From contig NC_068981.1 of assembly GCF_001194135.2 (NCBI RefSeq), forward strand, positions 136,615,324-136,679,323: 64,000 bases of DNA, read 5' to 3'. The position numbers were made by a program, and so were the translations under genes. The notes beneath the pieces are model-generated. The model made no database searches and was not told where the DNA came from. It worked only from the letters and a program-made list of their open reading frames with translations. Position 1 is the stretch's first letter. Each line of letters opens with the position of its first letter. This stretch comes from Octopus bimaculoides. Lineage: Eukaryota. Positions 61,255 to 64,000 of this stretch are shown one piece after another.

Positions 61255-61510
61255 GGCATCATGTGTTAGTTATAAATGAGTGTCACTGTCATACAAGCAG
61301 TGTCATATATTTTCAATATTCTGTGTAAACATGTCTGGCTATAGGGAAATATTACTTTGCCTGAAAATAGGTGAGGGTTAGCAACAGGAAGGGCTTCCAT
61401 CTGTAGAAAATCTGCTTCAAATTTTGTCTGACCATGAAACATGGGGAAGTAGACATTAAAAAATGACGATTATGATAATGATGATGATGACAATGACGAC
61501 GATGATAATG
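60920..61510 (+). mobile_element. SINE: family A head + (TG)n + complete family G tail
   Basis: Head ends AAAGAAGCC; tail GTCATACAAGCAGTGTC...GGGAAATATTAC...GGAAGGGC...GACATTAAAA..(GAT)n. Confidence 0.75.
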
Positions 61511-62223
61511 ATGATATTACAAGGCCTGAAATTCAAGAAAGGCATTTAGTCAGTAAAACCAACCTCCTCAGTATTTAACTGGTACTTTATTTCACTGACT
61601 CAGGAGGGATGAAAAGCAAAGTTGACTACCAGATGCTCTAATAATTCTGCCAAAAGTCTGTCTTTTTAATCTACAAATTCTTGTGGGACTGGCTGCTAGC
61701 AACAGCTGTAGAAAGACAACCAAACAACCTGCAATACTAATTTTCCATTTAGTTTTTTCTTCTAGAAGAAATTAAACACCAGTCATGAGAGAGTATATAC
61801 AGTGTAGTGGATAATATTTTTCTAGAATCTGCAAAAAAACCCAAAAAAACCTTGGTGCCAGTGCCATATAAAAAGCACTAGTGCAGGTGCCATGTTTAAA
61901 GCACTGGTGATGGCACCATGTAAAAAGCACCCAATACACTCTGTAAGTGATTGGCATTAGAAAGGGCGACCAGCTGTAGAAACCAAGCCAAAGTAGACTA
62001 TGGAACATGGTTCAAACCCTGGCCTTGCCAGCTCCTATCAAGCCACCCAACCCATGCCAACATGGAAAATGGATGTTAAATGATGATGATGTTGGGTTGT
62101 ATGAGATTTGATCCTTATAACTCAGGCTAAACTACTAAAACACTAATTTAGAAGCAACATCATATGTCGTACAGTAAACACCATATACTACACTAAGTAG
62201 ATCATAAAACTTTGATCATAAGT

Positions 62224-62383
62224 GCAAGAGTGGCTGTGTGGTAAGTAGCTTGCTTACCAACCACATGGTTCCGGGTTCAGTCCCACTGCATGACACTTTG
62301 AGCAAGTGTCTTCTACTATAGCCTCAGGCCGACCAAAGCCTTGTGAGTGGATTTGGTAGATGAAAACTGAAAGAAGCCCATCG

Positions 62384-62385
<2 letters not shown>
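62224..62385 (+). mobile_element. SINE family A head (an A tail lies at ~63660-63875)
   Basis: Near-consensus head with A and B boxes. Confidence 0.88.
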
Positions 62386-62415
<30 letters not shown>

Positions 62416-63641
62416 CATATATATATATGAATTTAAATTTAAATATTGAAGTGAATCTAATGGTTTTTGTATGTTATTTTAAATGGCTTATAAACACCTT
62501 CCACACTGCAGTTGTTTTCGTTCCAGCACACGNNNNNNNNNNNNNNNNNNNNNNNNNNNNNNNNNNNNNNNNNNNNNNNNNNNNNNNNNNNNNNNNNNNN
62601 NNNNNNNNNNNNNNNNNNNNNNNNNNNNNNNNNNNNNNNNNNNNNNNNNNNNNNNNNNNNNNNNNNNNNNNNNNNNNNNNNNNNNNNNNNNNNNNNNNNN
62701 NNNNNNNNNNNNNNNNNNNNNNNNNNNNNNNNNNNNNNNNNNNNNNNNNNNNNNNNNNNNNNNNNNNNNNNNNNNNNNNNNNNNNNNNNNNNNNNNNNNN
62801 NNNNNNNNNNNNNNNNNNNNNNNNNNNNNNNNNNNNNNNNNNNNNNNNNNNNNNNNNNNNNNNNNNNNNNNNNNNNNNNNNNNNNNNNNNNNNNNNNNNN
62901 NNNNNNNNNNNNNNNNNNNNNNNNNNNNNNNNNNNNNNNNNNNNNNNNNNNNNNNNNNNNNNNNNNNNNNNNNNNNNNNNNNNNNNNNNNNNNNNNNNNN
63001 NNNNNNNNNNNNNNNNNNNNNNNNNNNNNNNNNNNNNTTAGTTAAAAAAGTTATTACTTTCATATGATTGATATTATGTATGACACAAAAAGAAATAAAG
63101 GTCTTTTTCCTTTTTTACATGCAGCTTGAATACTGCAGGTTGCCAAAGTCAGTTGTATAATATTGTATCATTGATGAGTTGATACACAGCATGTTGTTGG
63201 TTTTGAAGTGCTGATTTGGAACTTTTACTCACCACAGGGTAAAAAGAGAGAAATAAAATAAATAAGAAATAAATAAATACATAGAAAGAGAAATAAAATA
63301 AATCAGTTACTATAACTAGCATTGGTACGAATGAAGAAAGAAATTAAAAGTGATGCAGTTGCACCTAGTCGGCATAGAGTGGTACTAATTTTGGCATCTT
63401 ACCCAACTATTAGTAACTAAAATAAATTCAGAACCCTCTTGTACAGAATTCCTATTTTAAATACTATATTGTGCAATGGAAAGTTTGGGAGTGGGGAGAG
63501 GTGAAGAAAAAGTGGGAGGAATTTGATATCATGATAAAATATATTGTAATACATTTTGACAGCCCTTTAGAATTAAACTGTCATTACTTGTTATGCAAAA
63601 CAAACAAAACCAAAGGAAAATGTGATTTCAANNNNNNNNNN

Positions 63642-63674
<33 letters not shown>

Positions 63675-63889
63675 TGTGTTTGTGTGTCTGTCCCCCCAAC
63701 ATCGCTTGACAAACAATATTGGTGAGTTTATGTCCCCATAACTTAGCGGTTTGGCAAAAAGATACAGATAGAATAAGTACTAGGCTTATAAAGAATAAGT
63801 CCTGTGGTCAATTTGCTTGGCTAAATGCGGTGCTCCAGCATGGCCGCAGTCAAATGACTGGAATGAGTAAAACAAAAGAGAGACAACAT

Positions 63890-63962
63890 GAATGAGTGAG
63901 AGGGAGAGAGAGAGAGAAAGACACTGACCATGAGTGAGAGAGAGAGATAGAGATAGAGAGAG

Positions 63963-64000
<38 letters not shown>
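63890..64000 (+). repeat. (GA)n microsatellite
   Basis: Direct reading. Confidence 0.95.

Overview
AT-rich eukaryotic DNA from a gapped short-read-type scaffold; most N gaps fall in microsatellites. The repeat content looks like an octopod cephalopod (Octopus-like). That is my recognition of the repeat families, not a database result. No intact protein-coding gene, rRNA, true tRNA gene or CRISPR array can be supported, and the window reads as a repeat-dense intron or intergenic region. SINE-like families (labels mine): A, tRNA-like head + CORE-like segment + central (TA/TG)n + tail; B, tRNA-like head with an (ATT)n tail; C, tRNA-like head with several alternative tails; D and G, (GAT)n-tailed. 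Other mobile elements: a TTAA-flanked piggyBac-type MITE (family E), a deleted mariner (D34D), a palindromic mariner derivative, a decayed Tc1-like element with DD36E spacing, RTE and CR1/L2-like LINE ends, a Helentron/HINE-like element and a decayed Penelope-like (PLE) RT-thumb + GIY-YIG ORF. The strongest unexpected signal is five decayed minimal type I hammerhead ribozyme motifs (about 6.0, 6.6, 21.6, 28.0 and 42.0 kb) in PLE-like pseudo-LTR modules. Two sit at the same junction inside a tRNA-SINE, and one is in a ~440-bp tandem/inverted retrozyme-like unit. A textbook recursive-splice-site motif (minus strand, 10420/10421) is the second highlight.
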